Origin: an uncultured Chloroflexia bacterium
GTDB lineage: Bacteria; Chloroflexota; Limnocylindria; Limnocylindrales; CSP1-4
Length of the DNA stretch: 64,000 nucleotides
Direction: 5' to 3'
Assembly (NCBI GenBank): GCA_963842695.1
Contig: CAWJHK010000004.1
Coordinates: forward strand, 28,420 to 92,419
Part shown: positions 43,266 to 54,473 of the stretch, one piece after another
Layout: the number at the start of each line of letters is the position of its first letter
Position numbering within the stretch: the stretch's first letter is position 1
The notes under the pieces: model-generated
The model's input: the letters and a program-made list of their open reading frames with translations, nothing else
What the model was told of the DNA's origin: nothing
Databases searched by the model: none
Position numbers and translations under genes: made by a program

Positions 43266-45491
43266 ATGCCCATCGCCTGGTCCGAGGAGACCCGCCAGCT
43301 CCACCTCCGCAACGAGCGGATCAGCTACGTCCTCGGCGTCAACGCGAACGGCTCGCTCGGCCATCGCTACTTCGGGACCGCGCTGGCCGGCGATCGGGTG
43401 CCCCTCGATCCGGGGTTCGCCGGGTTCGACAACCGTGTCGGCGACCCCATCGCGTTCGAGTACCCGACCACGGGGACGGGCGACTACCGGGTGCCGGCCC
43501 TCACGGTCGAGCTGGCCGACGGCTCGGGCGTGATCGACCTGGCATACGTCGACCACCGGATCGTGCCCGGCAAGCCCGGACGCGCGTCGGAGGACCGTCT
43601 CCCGGCCACCTATGTCGAGGCGGACGCGGAGGCCGACACGCTCGAGGTCACCCTCGCCGACGAACCGAGCGGCCTGCGGGTCGAGCTGTCGTACACGATC
43701 TTCGCCGGCCGTCCGGTCATCGCCCGGAGTGCGTGGATCCACAACGACGGCGCCGCCCGGATCCGGCTGACGGCCGCGATGAGCGCGGCGCTCGACCTGT
43801 CCGACGCTCGCTGGGAGCTGGTCCAGCTGAGCGGTGCCTGGGCGAGGGAGAACCACGTCATCAGCCGCGAGCTGCGCCCCGGACGCCAGTCGGTCGGCAG
43901 CGATCGCGGCACGTCGAGCGCCATGCACAACCCGTTCATCGCGCTCCGGCGCCCGACGACGACCGAGGACGCCGGCGAGGCCTACGGCTTCAGCCTCGTC
44001 TACTCGGGCAACTTCATCGCCGAGGCCGAGGTCGATCCGTTCGCCACCACGCGCATCCGCATCGGCCTCAGCCCGAACACGTTCACCTGGACGCTCGAAC
44101 CCGGGGCGTCGTTCGCCACGCCGGAGGCGATCCTCGTCCACTCCGATACGGGCCTCGGCGCGATGAGCGACGCCCTCCACGGGCTGTACCGCGAGCGGCT
44201 GGCGCGTGGGACGTGGCGTGACGCGCCGCGGCCGGTCCTCCTCAACAACTGGGAGGGGACCTACTTCGACTTCGACGAGGCGAAGTTGCTCGACATCGCG
44301 GCCTCGGCCCTCGACCTCGGCGTTGAGCTGTTCGTCCTCGACGACGGGTGGTTCGGCGCGCGCGACTCGGACGACTCGTCGCTCGGCGACTGGTTCGTCG
44401 ACCGGCGAAAGCTCCCGAACGGGCTCGACGGCCTGGCGGCGAAGGTCGAGGCGCTCGGCCTCCGGTTCGGCCTGTGGATCGAGCCCGAGATGGTCAGCCC
44501 GCGCAGCCGGCTGTTCGAGGAGCACCCGGACTGGGCGATCGGGGTACCCGGTCGGCACCGCACGGAGAGCCGGCAGCAGCTCGTGCTCGACATGTCGCGG
44601 CCCGAGATCGTCGATCACCTGTTCGGCGTCCTGTCGGACGTCCTCGGCAGCGCACCCATCTCGTACATCAAGTGGGACATGAACCGGACGATCACGGAGC
44701 CCTGGAGCCCGTCGCTGCCGGCCGACCGGCAGGGTGAGTTCTTCCATCGCTACGTGCTGGGCGTCTACGACCTCTACGCGCGGCTCGGGGCGGCCTTCCC
44801 CGACATCCTGTTCGAGTCGTGCGCCAGCGGCGGCGGCCGGTTCGACCCGGGGATGCTGGCCTTCGCGCCCCAGGCCTGGACGAGCGACGACACGGACGCG
44901 ATCGAGCGCCTGAGGATCCAGTGGGGGACGTCGCTGGCCTACCCGCTCAGCTCGATGGGGGCGCACGTCGCGGCCGTCCCGAACCACCAGACGGGCCGCG
45001 TCACGCCGCTTGCCACTCGGGCCGCCGTGGCGTTCTTCGGCGTGTTCGGCTACGAGCTCGACCCGACCGCGCTGACCGCCGAGGAGCGCCGGGCCGTCGC
45101 CGACCAGATCGCCTTCTACACCGCCAACCGCGAGCTCTTCCAGCGCGGCCGGTTCGTCCGCCTGCGCAGCCCGTTCGAGCACGACGGCAACCAGACGGCG
45201 TGGTCCGTCGTGGCCCCCGACCGCCGGCGGGCGATCGTCGGCTACTACCTGACGCTCAATCGGCCGGTCCCGGTCGCCGATCACCTGCAGCTGCGCGGGC
45301 TGGATCCCGCGGCGACCTACCGGGTGGCTGCCTGGCCCGCGGACGAGGCCGACGCCCTGGCTCGCGCGAACACGGGCGTCCGCGGCGGCGACGAGCTGAT
45401 GCAGGTCGGGCTGTCGCTCGGGGCGAACCGCCGCGATGCCTTCTCGTGGGGTGACTTCAGGGCTTGGCTCTTCGTCCTCGAGGCCGTCTGA
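43266..45491 (+). CDS. alpha-galactosidase, GH36 (intact)
   Basis: LLNNWEGTYFDFDE, ELFVLDDGWFGARD, LGDW, GLRFGLWIEPEMVS, YIKWDMNR, FESCASGGGRFD, WTSDDTDAIERLRIQ are GH36 hallmarks (ORF 43233..45491, using the internal ATG). Confidence 0.9.
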   Translation: MPIAWSEETRQLHLRNERISYVLGVNANGSLGHRYFGTALAGDRVPLDPGFAGFDNRVGDPIAFEYPTTGTGDYRVPALTVELADGSGVIDLAYVDHRIVPGKPGRASEDRLPATYVEADAEADTLEVTLADEPSGLRVELSYTIFAGRPVIARSAWIHNDGAARIRLTAAMSAALDLSDARWELVQLSGAWARENHVISRELRPGRQSVGSDRGTSSAMHNPFIALRRPTTTEDAGEAYGFSLVYSGNFIAEAEVDPFATTRIRIGLSPNTFTWTLEPGASFATPEAILVHSDTGLGAMSDALHGLYRERLARGTWRDAPRPVLLNNWEGTYFDFDEAKLLDIAASALDLGVELFVLDDGWFGARDSDDSSLGDWFVDRRKLPNGLDGLAAKVEALGLRFGLWIEPEMVSPRSRLFEEHPDWAIGVPGRHRTESRQQLVLDMSRPEIVDHLFGVLSDVLGSAPISYIKWDMNRTITEPWSPSLPADRQGEFFHRYVLGVYDLYARLGAAFPDILFESCASGGGRFDPGMLAFAPQAWTSDDTDAIERLRIQWGTSLAYPLSSMGAHVAAVPNHQTGRVTPLATRAAVAFFGVFGYELDPTALTAEERRAVADQIAFYTANRELFQRGRFVRLRSPFEHDGNQTAWSVVAPDRRRAIVGYYLTLNRPVPVADHLQLRGLDPAATYRVAAWPADEADALARANTGVRGGDELMQVGLSLGANRRDAFSWGDFRAWLFVLEAV

Positions 45492-45511
45492 GCCGGCGGC
45501 CCGGCCAGGCC

Positions 45512-46420
45512 TTACCCCTTCGTCGATCCGAGCGTCAGCCCGCGGACGAACTGCTTGGACAGGACGAGGTACACGATGATCGTCGGCAGGGCGACGATGA
45601 ACGCGACCGCCGCCAGCTGGTTGTTGTCGGTGAAGAAGGCGCCCTGCAGGTTGTTGAGGGCCGAGGTGATGGGCCGCTTGTCGCCGGTCGACATCAGCAG
45701 GAGGGCCCAGAAGAAGTCGTTGTAGATGAACGTGAACTCGAGCACGGCCATGGCTGCCAGCGCGGGCTTGCAGAGAGGCAGGATGACCCTCCGATAGATC
45801 GTCCAGAGCGAGGCGCCGTCGACGAAGGCCGCCTCCGTCAGCTCCTTCGAGATCGTCTTCATGTAGTTGCTGAGCACGAACGTGACGAAGCCGGTCTGGA
45901 AGATGATGTGGATGAACGCGATCCCGAAGTACGTGTCGTAGAACACCCCGTCGTCGCTCAGCGGTGCGGGCAGCGGGAGCAGCAGGTAGACGCGGTAGAG
46001 CGGCACGATGATGACCTGTGGGGGCAGCAGGTTTCCGGCCGTGAACATCATCAGCAGCGCCAGGTTCAGCCTGAAGCTGAACCGCGAGAACACGAAGCCG
46101 AGCATCGAGGACACGAACAGCGTGAGGGTCACCGCTGGGATCGCGATGATCAGCGTGTTGATGAAGTACTTGGGAAGGTCGGCGGCGTTCCAGCCGTTGA
46201 TGAAGTTGTCGAAGGTCAGGTGCTTGGGCCAGGACACGTACCCATCGAGCGCCGTGTCGCTGTAGGGCCGGAGGGCGGTGAACAGGACCCAGCCGATCGG
46301 GAACAGCCATAGCAGGGCCATGGCGACGAGGAAGACATGGAGCGCGACGCGCTGCCAGCGGATGCGCCGGCGCGGCTTGATCGCCTCGGTCGCCCGAGCG
46401 GTCGCGGTCGCGGTCGTCAT
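45512..46420 (-). CDS. carbohydrate ABC transporter permease, MalG-like (intact)
   Basis: Tail of ORF 45512..47068 from MTTATATARA. EAA-type loop ISKELTEAAFVDGASLWTIYRRVILPLCKPAL. ATGA overlap with the upstream permease. Confidence 0.9.
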   Translation of the reverse strand: MTTATATARATEAIKPRRRIRWQRVALHVFLVAMALLWLFPIGWVLFTALRPYSDTALDGYVSWPKHLTFDNFINGWNAADLPKYFINTLIIAIPAVTLTLFVSSMLGFVFSRFSFRLNLALLMMFTAGNLLPPQVIIVPLYRVYLLLPLPAPLSDDGVFYDTYFGIAFIHIIFQTGFVTFVLSNYMKTISKELTEAAFVDGASLWTIYRRVILPLCKPALAAMAVLEFTFIYNDFFWALLLMSTGDKRPITSALNNLQGAFFTDNNQLAAVAFIVALPTIIVYLVLSKQFVRGLTLGSTKG

Positions 46421-47274
46421 GACGAATCCGTCCGCATCGTGCGGGTCAGGAAGATGGTGATCGGCACCAGCGAGAGGACCAGAAGGACGACGGCGATCGC
46501 CGAGCCGAATCCGATCAGGCTCGCCTCGCTGATGCTGTTGTTGGTGATCAGGATCGACAACAGCTCCAGGCCATTCTTGCCGCGGTTGATGATGTAGGCG
46601 ATGTCGAAGGCGCGCAGCGATTCGATGACGGTGATGACGATGATCACGACGTTGATCGGGCGCATCACCGGGAAGACCACCTTGAAGAAGGTCTGCCGCT
46701 GGCTCGCGCCGTCGATGGCCGCCGCCTCGCGGAGGGTCGGGTCGACGCTCTTCAGGCCGGCCAGGTAGAGGACCATCACGTAGCCGACCTGACGCCAGCC
46801 GGCCGCGACCAGGACGGCCCAGATGTTGAGCGACGGGTTCCCGAGCCAGTCGATGACGTTGTCCTGGCTGGTCCGCCCGAGCACGTTGTTGATGAACCCC
46901 TGCGACGTGTACATCTGTTCCCAGATGAACCCGACGACCGCCAGCGACAGCACGACCGGGATGAAGAACGCGCTCTGGTAGACGCGTGTCCCGCGCATCT
47001 CGCGATCGAGGAGGACCGCGAGGAAGATGCCGATCGGCGTGGCGATGAACACGAACGTCAGCAGCCACAGGATGTTGTGCCAGACCGCGGGCCAGAAGAA
47101 CGGGTACGTCGTGAACAGCTGCTCGTAGTTCTTCAGCCCGATGAAGTTATCGGCGGTCAGCGCCTGGATCCCCCGCCAGTTGGTGAACGACAGGAAGAAC
47201 GAGGCGACGGTCGGCAGCCAGATGAACGAGATGCACAGGAAGGTCGGGATGCCGACCATGAGCGCCATCGTCAC
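46417..47274 (-). CDS. carbohydrate ABC transporter permease, MalF-like (may extend to ATG at about 47385 via one frameshift)
   Basis: LKSVDPTLREAAAIDGASQRQTFFKVVFPVMRP (EAA loop), with multi-TM character. An upstream ATG ORF, MSGPNQPNTAALPVPPAGGAAAVPQRKG, lies in another frame. Confidence 0.9.
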   Translation of the reverse strand: MTMALMVGIPTFLCISFIWLPTVASFFLSFTNWRGIQALTADNFIGLKNYEQLFTTYPFFWPAVWHNILWLLTFVFIATPIGIFLAVLLDREMRGTRVYQSAFFIPVVLSLAVVGFIWEQMYTSQGFINNVLGRTSQDNVIDWLGNPSLNIWAVLVAAGWRQVGYVMVLYLAGLKSVDPTLREAAAIDGASQRQTFFKVVFPVMRPINVVIIVITVIESLRAFDIAYIINRGKNGLELLSILITNNSISEASLIGFGSAIAVVLLVLSLVPITIFLTRTMRTDSS

Positions 47275-47397
47275 CCGGTCGCCCCGGGTCAGCAGGCCGA
47301 ATAGCGGCGGCCCTTGCGCTGCGGAACGGCGGCCGCCCCGCCCGCTGGGGGAACGGGCAGGGCGGCAGTGTTGGGCTGGTTCGGCCCTGACATGGCG

Positions 47398-48776
47398 TCA
47401 GGATAGCGTCAGATCACTGAGCGGAGGAAGCGCATCCCAGAAGTCCTGGATGGTCTTCTGGTAGGCGGCGAGATCCTGGGTCGGGTTGGCGAGGAACTTC
47501 TGGAGGAAGCTCTGCATGCCGTTCGATCCGGCGAAGTCGGAGCGCGTGTCGCGGTCGAGGAACTGCGTGATCCGCTTGGCCTGGCCGACGATCTCGGCGG
47601 CCTTCTTCTGGAGCGGGCTGAACGTCGACTGATCCGCGTCCTTGGCGGTCGGGATCGCGCCCGGCGCTGGTCTTGAAGTTGAGGACCTGGGTCGAGCCCT
47701 TGGCCCACCACTCCATGAAGGCCTTCGCGGCATCCTGCTCGGCGGCCAGCCCGGGGGACTTGGCGGCGATCTGCCAGGTGTCGATCGGGGCGTCGAGCGC
47801 GGCTTCGGCGTCGTACTGCGTGCCCATCGTCGGGAAGGCGAAGAAGTCGAGGTCCGCCAGGTCATCCGGGTTCTTCGTGGCGAGGAACTGATCCGAGACG
47901 AACAGACCGAGCAGGTACATGCCGGACTTCTTCTGGACCAGCGTGTTCGCGGCGTCCTGCCACTTCAGGCCGGCGTAGTCCTTTGCGTGGAACGGCAGGA
48001 TCTCCGCCCACTTCTGGAAGACGGTCGTGACCTTCGGATCGGTCCACTTCTCCTTGCCGGCCATCAGGCCGACGTGGAAGTCGTAGCCGTTGAGCCGGAG
48101 GTTGAGGATGTCGAACGTGCCCATCGCGGGCCAGCCGTCCTTGTCGCCGAAGGCGATCGGGGTGAGGCCGTCGGCCTGCATCTTGGTGCTCAGCGCCTTG
48201 AGGTCGTCCCAGGTCTTGGGGATGTCGTACTTCTTGTCCGCGAAGAGGCTCTTGCGGTAGAAGACGGCCCACGGGTAGTAGTCGACCGGGATGCCGTAGA
48301 CCTTGCCGTCGTCGCCGACGACTGACTGGGCGAACCCCTCGCTGTAGTTGCCCTTGACCTTGGCCCATACGTCGTCGATCGGGACGTTGAAGCCCTGGGA
48401 CGCAAAGAACTTCATGCGGAACCCGGAGAACCACGTGATAGGCCGTGTCCGGCTTGCCGCCGAGGTAGTTCGAGATCTGGTCCTGGAAGCTGCCGTGGTC
48501 GACGGTGTTGATCTTGGTCGCGATGCCCGTCGAGGCGGTGAACGCGTCGGCGACCTCCTGGAGCCCCTTCTTGGGGCCGGGATCCGAGCTGTAGCTGCCG
48601 ATCGTGAGCGTCCCGGCGGCGAGGCTGCCACCGGCCGCGGCCGAGCCGCCGGGCGACGAGCTGCCGGTGCTGCAGGCGGCGATCAGTCCGGGGACCGACA
48701 TCACCCCGGCGGTGGCCGCGATGCCCTTGAGGACGGTCCGACGCGAGACCGCATCGACCCGCTTGGGTTCTGCCAT
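47398..48776 (-). CDS. sugar ABC transporter substrate-binding lipoprotein (2 frameshifts, at about 48440 and about 47680)
   Basis: The ATG is preceded by GAGGAGGAGG. Tat-like RRTVLKGIAATAGVMSVPGLIAACS lipobox (ORF 47862..48857). GKVYGIPVDYYPWAVFYRKSLF...IAFGDKDGWPAMGTFDILNLRLNGYDFH (ORF 47414..48631). C-terminus in ORF 47398..47865. Confidence 0.85.
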
Positions 48777-48803
48777 GGATGGTCCTCCTCCTCGATGCTG
48801 CCC

Positions 48804-48834
48804 GACAAAATCCGACAGGATCAGCCGGATTGTC
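48804..48834. promoter_or_regulatory. inverted repeat in the SBP/DeoR divergent intergenic region, candidate operator
   Basis: GACAAAATCCG-N11-CGGATTGTC. The arms are complementary except for one extra A. It lies 28 nt upstream of the SBP start codon. Confidence 0.3.
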
Positions 48835-48990
48835 CGTACCCGTCGCCCCGATGTCAAGGACCTGACGGCGCGTTTTGGGCGTTTGGTGTGTGAATACGTT
48901 GACTTTCTGTTCGATGGGCGGCAATCTCAACCCTTGAAGGGGAGGTCGGGTGTCCAGCGATCAGCTTCCACGCATGCAGCCGGGTGAGGG

Positions 48991-49809
48991 GTGATGCTCG
49001 CCCGGCAACGACACGCCTTCATCCTCGAACGCGTCAACGAGGACGGCGCGGTGCGGGTCGCCGACCTCGTTCGCCTGCTCGGCGTCTCCGACATGACCGT
49101 CCGTCGAGACCTGGAGATCCTCGACGAGCGCGGCCTGCTCGAGAAGGTCCACGGCGGGGCGACCTCGATCGCGGGCAACGCCCTGTTCGAGCCCGGCTTC
49201 GCGCTCAAGTCCGCGCTCCAGCGGCGGGAGAAGGACGCCATCGCCGACGCGGCCGTGGCCCTCGTCGAGCCCGGGATGGCGATCGCGGTGTCGGCCGGGA
49301 CGACGACGTTCGCCCTCGCCCAGCGCCTGGCCCTGGTGCCCGGACTGACCGTGGTCACCAACTCGATCCGGGTCGCCGACATCCTCGACCAGAGCAGCCG
49401 GGCCGACCAGACGGTCATCCTGACCGGCGGCGTCCGCACGCCGTCTGACGCCCTGGCCGGGCCGTTCGCGGTGGCGGCGCTGCGGAGCGTCCATGTCGAC
49501 CTCGTGTTCGTCGGGGTCCACGGGATGGATCCGCGATCGGGGTTCACCTGCCCGAACCTGCTCGAGGCGGACACGGACCGGGCGCTCATCGAGGCCGGGC
49601 GCCGGCTGGTCGTGGTCGCCGACCACTCGAAGTGGGGGGTCATCGGGATCAGCTCGATCGCCCGTCTGGACCAGGCCGATGTGCTCGTCACCGACGCCGG
49701 GCTCAGCCCGGAGGCCCGCGGCATCCTGTCCGACGCGGTCCGCGAGCTGATCGTCGTGGAGCCCGCGCCGGTCCTCCTGGCCGCGTCAGCTGACGTCAGT
49801 GGCCGCTAG
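48991..49809 (+). CDS. DeoR family transcriptional regulator (intact)
   Basis: [56 protein letters not shown], plus a DeoR C-terminal sugar-phosphate sensor domain ([11 protein letters not shown]...VFVGVHGMD). Confidence 0.9.
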   Translation: MMLARQRHAFILERVNEDGAVRVADLVRLLGVSDMTVRRDLEILDERGLLEKVHGGATSIAGNALFEPGFALKSALQRREKDAIADAAVALVEPGMAIAVSAGTTTFALAQRLALVPGLTVVTNSIRVADILDQSSRADQTVILTGGVRTPSDALAGPFAVAALRSVHVDLVFVGVHGMDPRSGFTCPNLLEADTDRALIEAGRRLVVVADHSKWGVIGISSIARLDQADVLVTDAGLSPEARGILSDAVRELIVVEPAPVLLAASADVSGR

Positions 49810-50918
49810 TCCGAAGGCGGCTCGAGGGTCGCTGTCGAAGCTGGCCGGCGAGCCGCACCGCCGGTACAACCCGCTCGCGGACGAGTGGGTCCTCGTGTCT
49901 GCGGGGCGAACCCGGCGGCCGTGGCTCGGCGCGCAGGAGCCGGAGCAGGTGCGCGACGGGCTCGCCTACGACCCCGATTGCTACCTCTGTCCCGGCAACG
50001 TCCGGGCGAACGGCAACGAGAACCCGGACTACGCCCGAGACCTACGTCTTCACCAACGACTTCGCCGCCCTCCGGCCGGACACCTCGATCGACGCGTTCG
50101 AGCAGGGGATCCTCCGCGCCCAGGGTGAGCGGGGCACGTGCCGGGTCGTCTGCTTCTCGCCGCGCCACGACCAGACGCTGGGACGGATGGAGCCGTCCGC
50201 CGTCCGCCGCGTGATCGACCTGTGGGCCGACCAGACCACGGAGCTCGGGGCCGGCTATCGCTGGGTCCAGGTGTTCGAGAACCGCGGCGAGGCGATGGGC
50301 GCATCGAACCCGCATCCGCACGGTCAGATCTGGGCGGGCACCGTCCTGCCGGACGCCGGCGGCCGCGAGGACGCGACCCAGCGGGCGCATCTCGCGACGA
50401 CCGGACGACGCCTCCTCCTGGACTACGTCGACCAGGAATCGGCCGGTCAGCGGGCGATCGTCGAGACCGCCGACTGGCTCGCGGTCGTCCCGTTCTGGGC
50501 GTCCTGGCCGTTCGAGACCCTGCTCGTGTCCAAGGCTCCGGCGGCACGACTGGCCGATCTCGCCGACCCCGCGCGCGACGACCTGGCGCTCGTCCTCCGC
50601 GAGCTGCTCGGGCGCTACGACGGGCTGTTCAAGCGACCCTTCCCGTACTCGATGGGCTGGCACCAGGCACCGTTCGGCGACGGACCGACCGACCACTGGC
50701 AGATCCACGCCCACTTCTACCCGCCGCTGCTCCGCGCCAACGTCCGCAAGTTCATGGTCGGCTACGAGCTGCTGGCGGAGACCCAGCGCGACCTGACCGC
50801 CGAGGACGCGGCGGGCCGGCTCCGCGCGGTCCAGCTCGCCGCGACGCGATCGCCCGCGAGTCCTGAACGCGCGCCCGCGCCCGAGCCGCAGCCGGAGCCC
50901 GTCAAAGACCCCGCCTGA
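49799..50918 (+). CDS. galT: galactose-1-phosphate uridylyltransferase (one frameshift at about 50035)
   Basis: [23 protein letters not shown], zinc site [10 protein letters not shown] (ORF 49799..50128). [20 protein letters not shown], active site [42 protein letters not shown] (ORF 50187..50918). Confidence 0.9.
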
Positions 50919-50976
50919 CGCGGCATCGAGCGGCGAGGCCGCCGGGTAGCATACGAGGCCGGAGGACGGAGGCCAG

Positions 50977-52439
50977 ATGCGGACCTGGGGCGGGCGGTTC
51001 ACGGGCGAGACGGATCCACGCGCGGCGGATTTCTCGCGCTCGATCGAGCTCGACGCCGCCCTCGCGGCCGACGACATCGCGGGCTCGATCGCCCACGTCC
51101 GCGGGCTCGGCCGGGCCGGCCTGCTCGACGACGCCGAGGTGGCCACGATCACCGAGGGCCTCCTGGCCCTGGCCGAGGACGCCGCGGCCGGCCGGATCGA
51201 CTGGGACCCGGCGCTCGAGGACATCCACATGAACGTCGAGGGCGCCCTGGCCGATCGCATCGGTCCGCTCGCCGGGCGCCTCCACACCGGGCGTTCGCGC
51301 AACGACCAGGTCGCCACGGACCTGCGGCTGTGGACGCGCCGGTCGATCGACGACCTCGACGACGCCCTGGTCGCCTTCGAGCGTGCCCTCGTCGAGCCTC
51401 GCCGAGCGGGAGGGGACCGCGGTCCTGCCGGGCTCGACCCACATCCAGCCCGCCCAGCCCGTGCTGTTCGCCCACCACCTCCTGGCCTACGTCGAGATGG
51501 CCGAGCGGGACCGTGGGCGGCTGCACGACGCTCGTCACCGGGTCGACATCTCGCCGCTCGGGTCGGGCGCGCTGGCAGGTGCCGGATACCCGCTCGATCG
51601 CGAGGCGACCGCGCGCGAGATGGGCTTCGACGGCGTCACGGCGAACTCGCTCGACGCGGTGTCGGACCGGGACTTCGTGATCGAGGTGGTGGCCGCGATC
51701 GCGCTCGGCATGGTCCACCTCAGCCGGCTGGCCGAGGAGATCACCTGGTGGTCGAACCCGCGGCTCGGGTTCGTGCGCGTCGCCGACGCGTTCTCGACCG
51801 GCAGCTCGATGATGCCCAACAAGAAGAACCCCGATCCGGCCGAGCTCGTCCGCGGCCGCGCCGCCCGCGTCATCGGGGAGCTGACGGGCTGCCTGACGAT
51901 GCTCAAGGGCCTGCCGCTGGCCTACCAGCGAGACCTCCAGGAGAGCGTGGCGCCGCTGTTCGACGCGGTCGAGGTCTACGGCACGTCGCTCGACGTGATG
52001 ACCGGGTTGATCGACACGCTCTCGATCGACCCCGAGCGGATGCGGACCGCGGCGACCGAGGGCTACACGACCGCGACGGCCGTCGCCGACGCGCTGGTCC
52101 GCCGCGGCATCCCGTTCCGTGCCGCCCACCACATCGTCGGATCGCTGGTGGCCCAGGCCGAGGGTGCCGGCGTCGGCCTCGAGGAGATCCCGGACGGGAT
52201 GATCGGCCTGGCGCTCGGTGCGAGCGGCGACCCGGCCGCCGCCGACCTGGCGGCCGACGAGAGCATCGGCGATACGCTCCGGGCGGCCGCCTCGCTCGAC
52301 GGCGCGCTGGCATCGTGCGACGTCATCGGCGGCACGGCACCCACCCGTGTCGCGGCCGCCCTGGAGGCCGCCCGTGCCCGGCTGGACGCGCACGCGACCC
52401 GACGCGACCCACGCGACCCGGTCCGGACGCGGAGGCTGA
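50977..52439 (+). CDS. argH: argininosuccinate lyase (one frameshift at about 51395; the natural stop is not in frame, see finding)
   Basis: [28 protein letters not shown] (ORF 50977..53706). [22 protein letters not shown], signature [33 protein letters not shown] (ORF 51383..53545). Confidence 0.9.
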
Positions 52440-52441
52440 CC

Positions 52442-53545
52442 GTGCTCGACCACGACCTCATCCGCCGCGCACCGAAGGCGCTCCTCCACGACCACCTCGA
52501 CGGCGGCCTGCGACCGGCGACCGTCATCGACCTCGCCGCCGAGTACGGCTACCAGGGACTGCCGACGACCGACGTCGACGATCTGACGACCTGGTTCCGG
52601 CGCGGCGCCGACCGCAAGAGCCTCGAGCTGTATCTCGAGACCTTCGCCCACACCTTTGGCGTGATGCAGTGGCCGGACGCGATCGCCCGGGTCGCGGCCG
52701 AGTGCGCCGAGGACCTCGCCGCCGATGGCGTCGTCTACGCCGAGGTCCGCATGGCGCCCGAGCTGTGCACGGAGCAGGGGCTGACCCTCGACGAGGCGGT
52801 CCAGGCGATGCTGGAGGGGTTCCGTATCGGCACGGAACGGGCAGCTGCCGCGGGCCATCAGATCGTCATGAAGCTCCTCGTCACCGCGATGCGGCAGGCC
52901 GCCCGCTCGGTCGAGGTGGCCGAGTGCGCCGTCCGCTGGCGCGACGCCGGTGTCGTCGGCTTCGACGTCGCCGGGCCCGAGAAGGGCTTCCCACCGACCC
53001 GCTACCTCGATGCCTTCGACTACGTCCGCCGCGAGAACTTCCATATCACGATCCATGCCGGGGAGTCGTTCGGCCTGCCGTCGATCTGGGAGGCCCTGCA
53101 GTTCGCCGGCGCCGAGCGGCTCGGCCACGGCGTCCGCATCGTCGACGACATCACGCCCCGCCCGGACGGCTCGATCGGGCTCGGCCGGCTGGCGGCCTTC
53201 GTCCGCGACCGGCGCATCCCGCTCGAGATGTGCCCGACCTCGAACGTCCACACCGGCGCCGCCCCGTCGATCCGCGAGCATCCGATCGACCTTCTCCGCC
53301 GCCTCCGCTTCCGGGTCACGCTCAACACCGACAACCGGCTGATGAGCGGCGTGTCGCTGTCGAGCGAGTTCGCGGCGCTCGACGAGGCGTTCGCCATCGG
53401 CCTCGGCGAGATGGAGTGGCTGACGCTGAACGCCCTCAAGAGCGCGTTCGCCCCGTTCGACGAGCGCCTGCGGCTCATCAACGAGGTCGTCAAGCCGGGC
53501 TACGCCCACCTCCGCGCGGAGCAGACCCGGGTCGTCGTGAGCTGA
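52442..53545 (+). CDS. add: adenosine deaminase (intact; an internal GTG with a GGAGG 6 nt upstream, in frame with the argH-containing ORF)
   Basis: [86 protein letters not shown]. Confidence 0.9.
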   Translation: MLDHDLIRRAPKALLHDHLDGGLRPATVIDLAAEYGYQGLPTTDVDDLTTWFRRGADRKSLELYLETFAHTFGVMQWPDAIARVAAECAEDLAADGVVYAEVRMAPELCTEQGLTLDEAVQAMLEGFRIGTERAAAAGHQIVMKLLVTAMRQAARSVEVAECAVRWRDAGVVGFDVAGPEKGFPPTRYLDAFDYVRRENFHITIHAGESFGLPSIWEALQFAGAERLGHGVRIVDDITPRPDGSIGLGRLAAFVRDRRIPLEMCPTSNVHTGAAPSIREHPIDLLRRLRFRVTLNTDNRLMSGVSLSSEFAALDEAFAIGLGEMEWLTLNALKSAFAPFDERLRLINEVVKPGYAHLRAEQTRVVVS

Positions 53546-53564
53546 CCCGACCCTTGCGGACGGA

Positions 53565-54411
53565 TCAGGCGCCAAGCGCCCCGGCGATCTCCGGTACCTC
53601 GGCGACCAGCCCGGCCATGACCGCTGCCGCGAGCGCCAGCCGCGCGACCAACGCGAGCCGCCGCGGTGGCCGGTCGTGCGCCGCGCGCCGGAGCCTCCAC
53701 CACTGAAGGGTCGCGAGCCCGACCACGATCAGCCCGAGACCCGTGAGGCGCATGTCGCTGGTCAGGTAGGCCGCCACGACGATCGGCAGGAACAGGATCG
53801 CCCCGACGAGGGAGATCGAGGCGTAGACCAGCGTCGGGCCGGCGGTCGGCTGCGACCGCTGGCGGCAACCGACGATCCAGCCACTCGTCGACCAGCGAGA
53901 TCGCGAAGCCGACGAGCCCCACGAGGGCAACGAGGACGGCGACGACGAGCGGGTCGTGGCGGAGGACGATGAAGTCGGAGTTGTCGCCGCTGATCAGCGC
54001 GAACGTCCCGATGGCGATGGCCACGACCGACGTGAGCAGTGCCCGGACGATGACCGCCCCCGGGATCCACGGCCGGACGACGACCCAGACGGTGCCCGCG
54101 ACGGCACCGAACGGGAGGCCGACGAAGACGATCAGCGCGAGCGTCCCGGCGAGGGTGATGTCGCCGATCCGGTTGCCGTTCTCCGTGAACGCCCCGGCCG
54201 TTTCCGGGACGATGATGGCTGCCAGCCGCATCGCGAGCCGGCCACCGAGTCCGACGACCAGCACCCCGACGATCAGCCCGGCGATCCCGCCCCGGGCGAT
54301 GTCGCGCCAGACCAGTCCCAGCCGCCAGGCGGTGTCACCCGTCGTCTGGGCGGCCGGAGCGGCCACGATGACGCCCGGTTCGGTCGCGACGGACATCGGC
54401 TGACCCTCCAC
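53565..54411 (-). CDS. polytopic membrane protein, unknown function (one frameshift at about 53880)
   Basis: GIAGLIVGVLVVGLGGRLAMRLAAIIVPETAGAFTENGNRIGDITLAGTLALIVFVGLPFGAVAG... (ORF 53500..54411), continued by LVYASISLVGAILFLPIVVAAYL...LIVVGLATLQWW (ORF 53565..53930). Confidence 0.55.
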
Positions 54412-54473
54412 GGACGATATATCGCGTCACGATATACATCGCTCTGGCCGGTGCCGTCAAGCAGACGTCGGGT

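Noticed and set aside
45512-48776. A local G+C dip (about 60% versus 75-80% in neighbouring lines) over the sugar ABC transporter genes, considered as a sign of horizontal acquisition.
   Set aside because: Third-codon positions in these genes are still almost all G/C. The dip comes from the amino-acid composition (Phe/Ile/Asn/Tyr/Lys-rich permeases and SBP), not from foreign codon usage.
52394-52419. Threefold cgcgaccc repeat, and the ggaagccggcc / gcgaagaagcc repeats at 3156-3436, considered as CRISPR-like or VNTR elements.
   Set aside because: They are too short, lack a regular repeat-spacer architecture and lie inside coding sequence. They are ordinary coding micro-repeats, though the first may matter for slippage at the argH/add junction.
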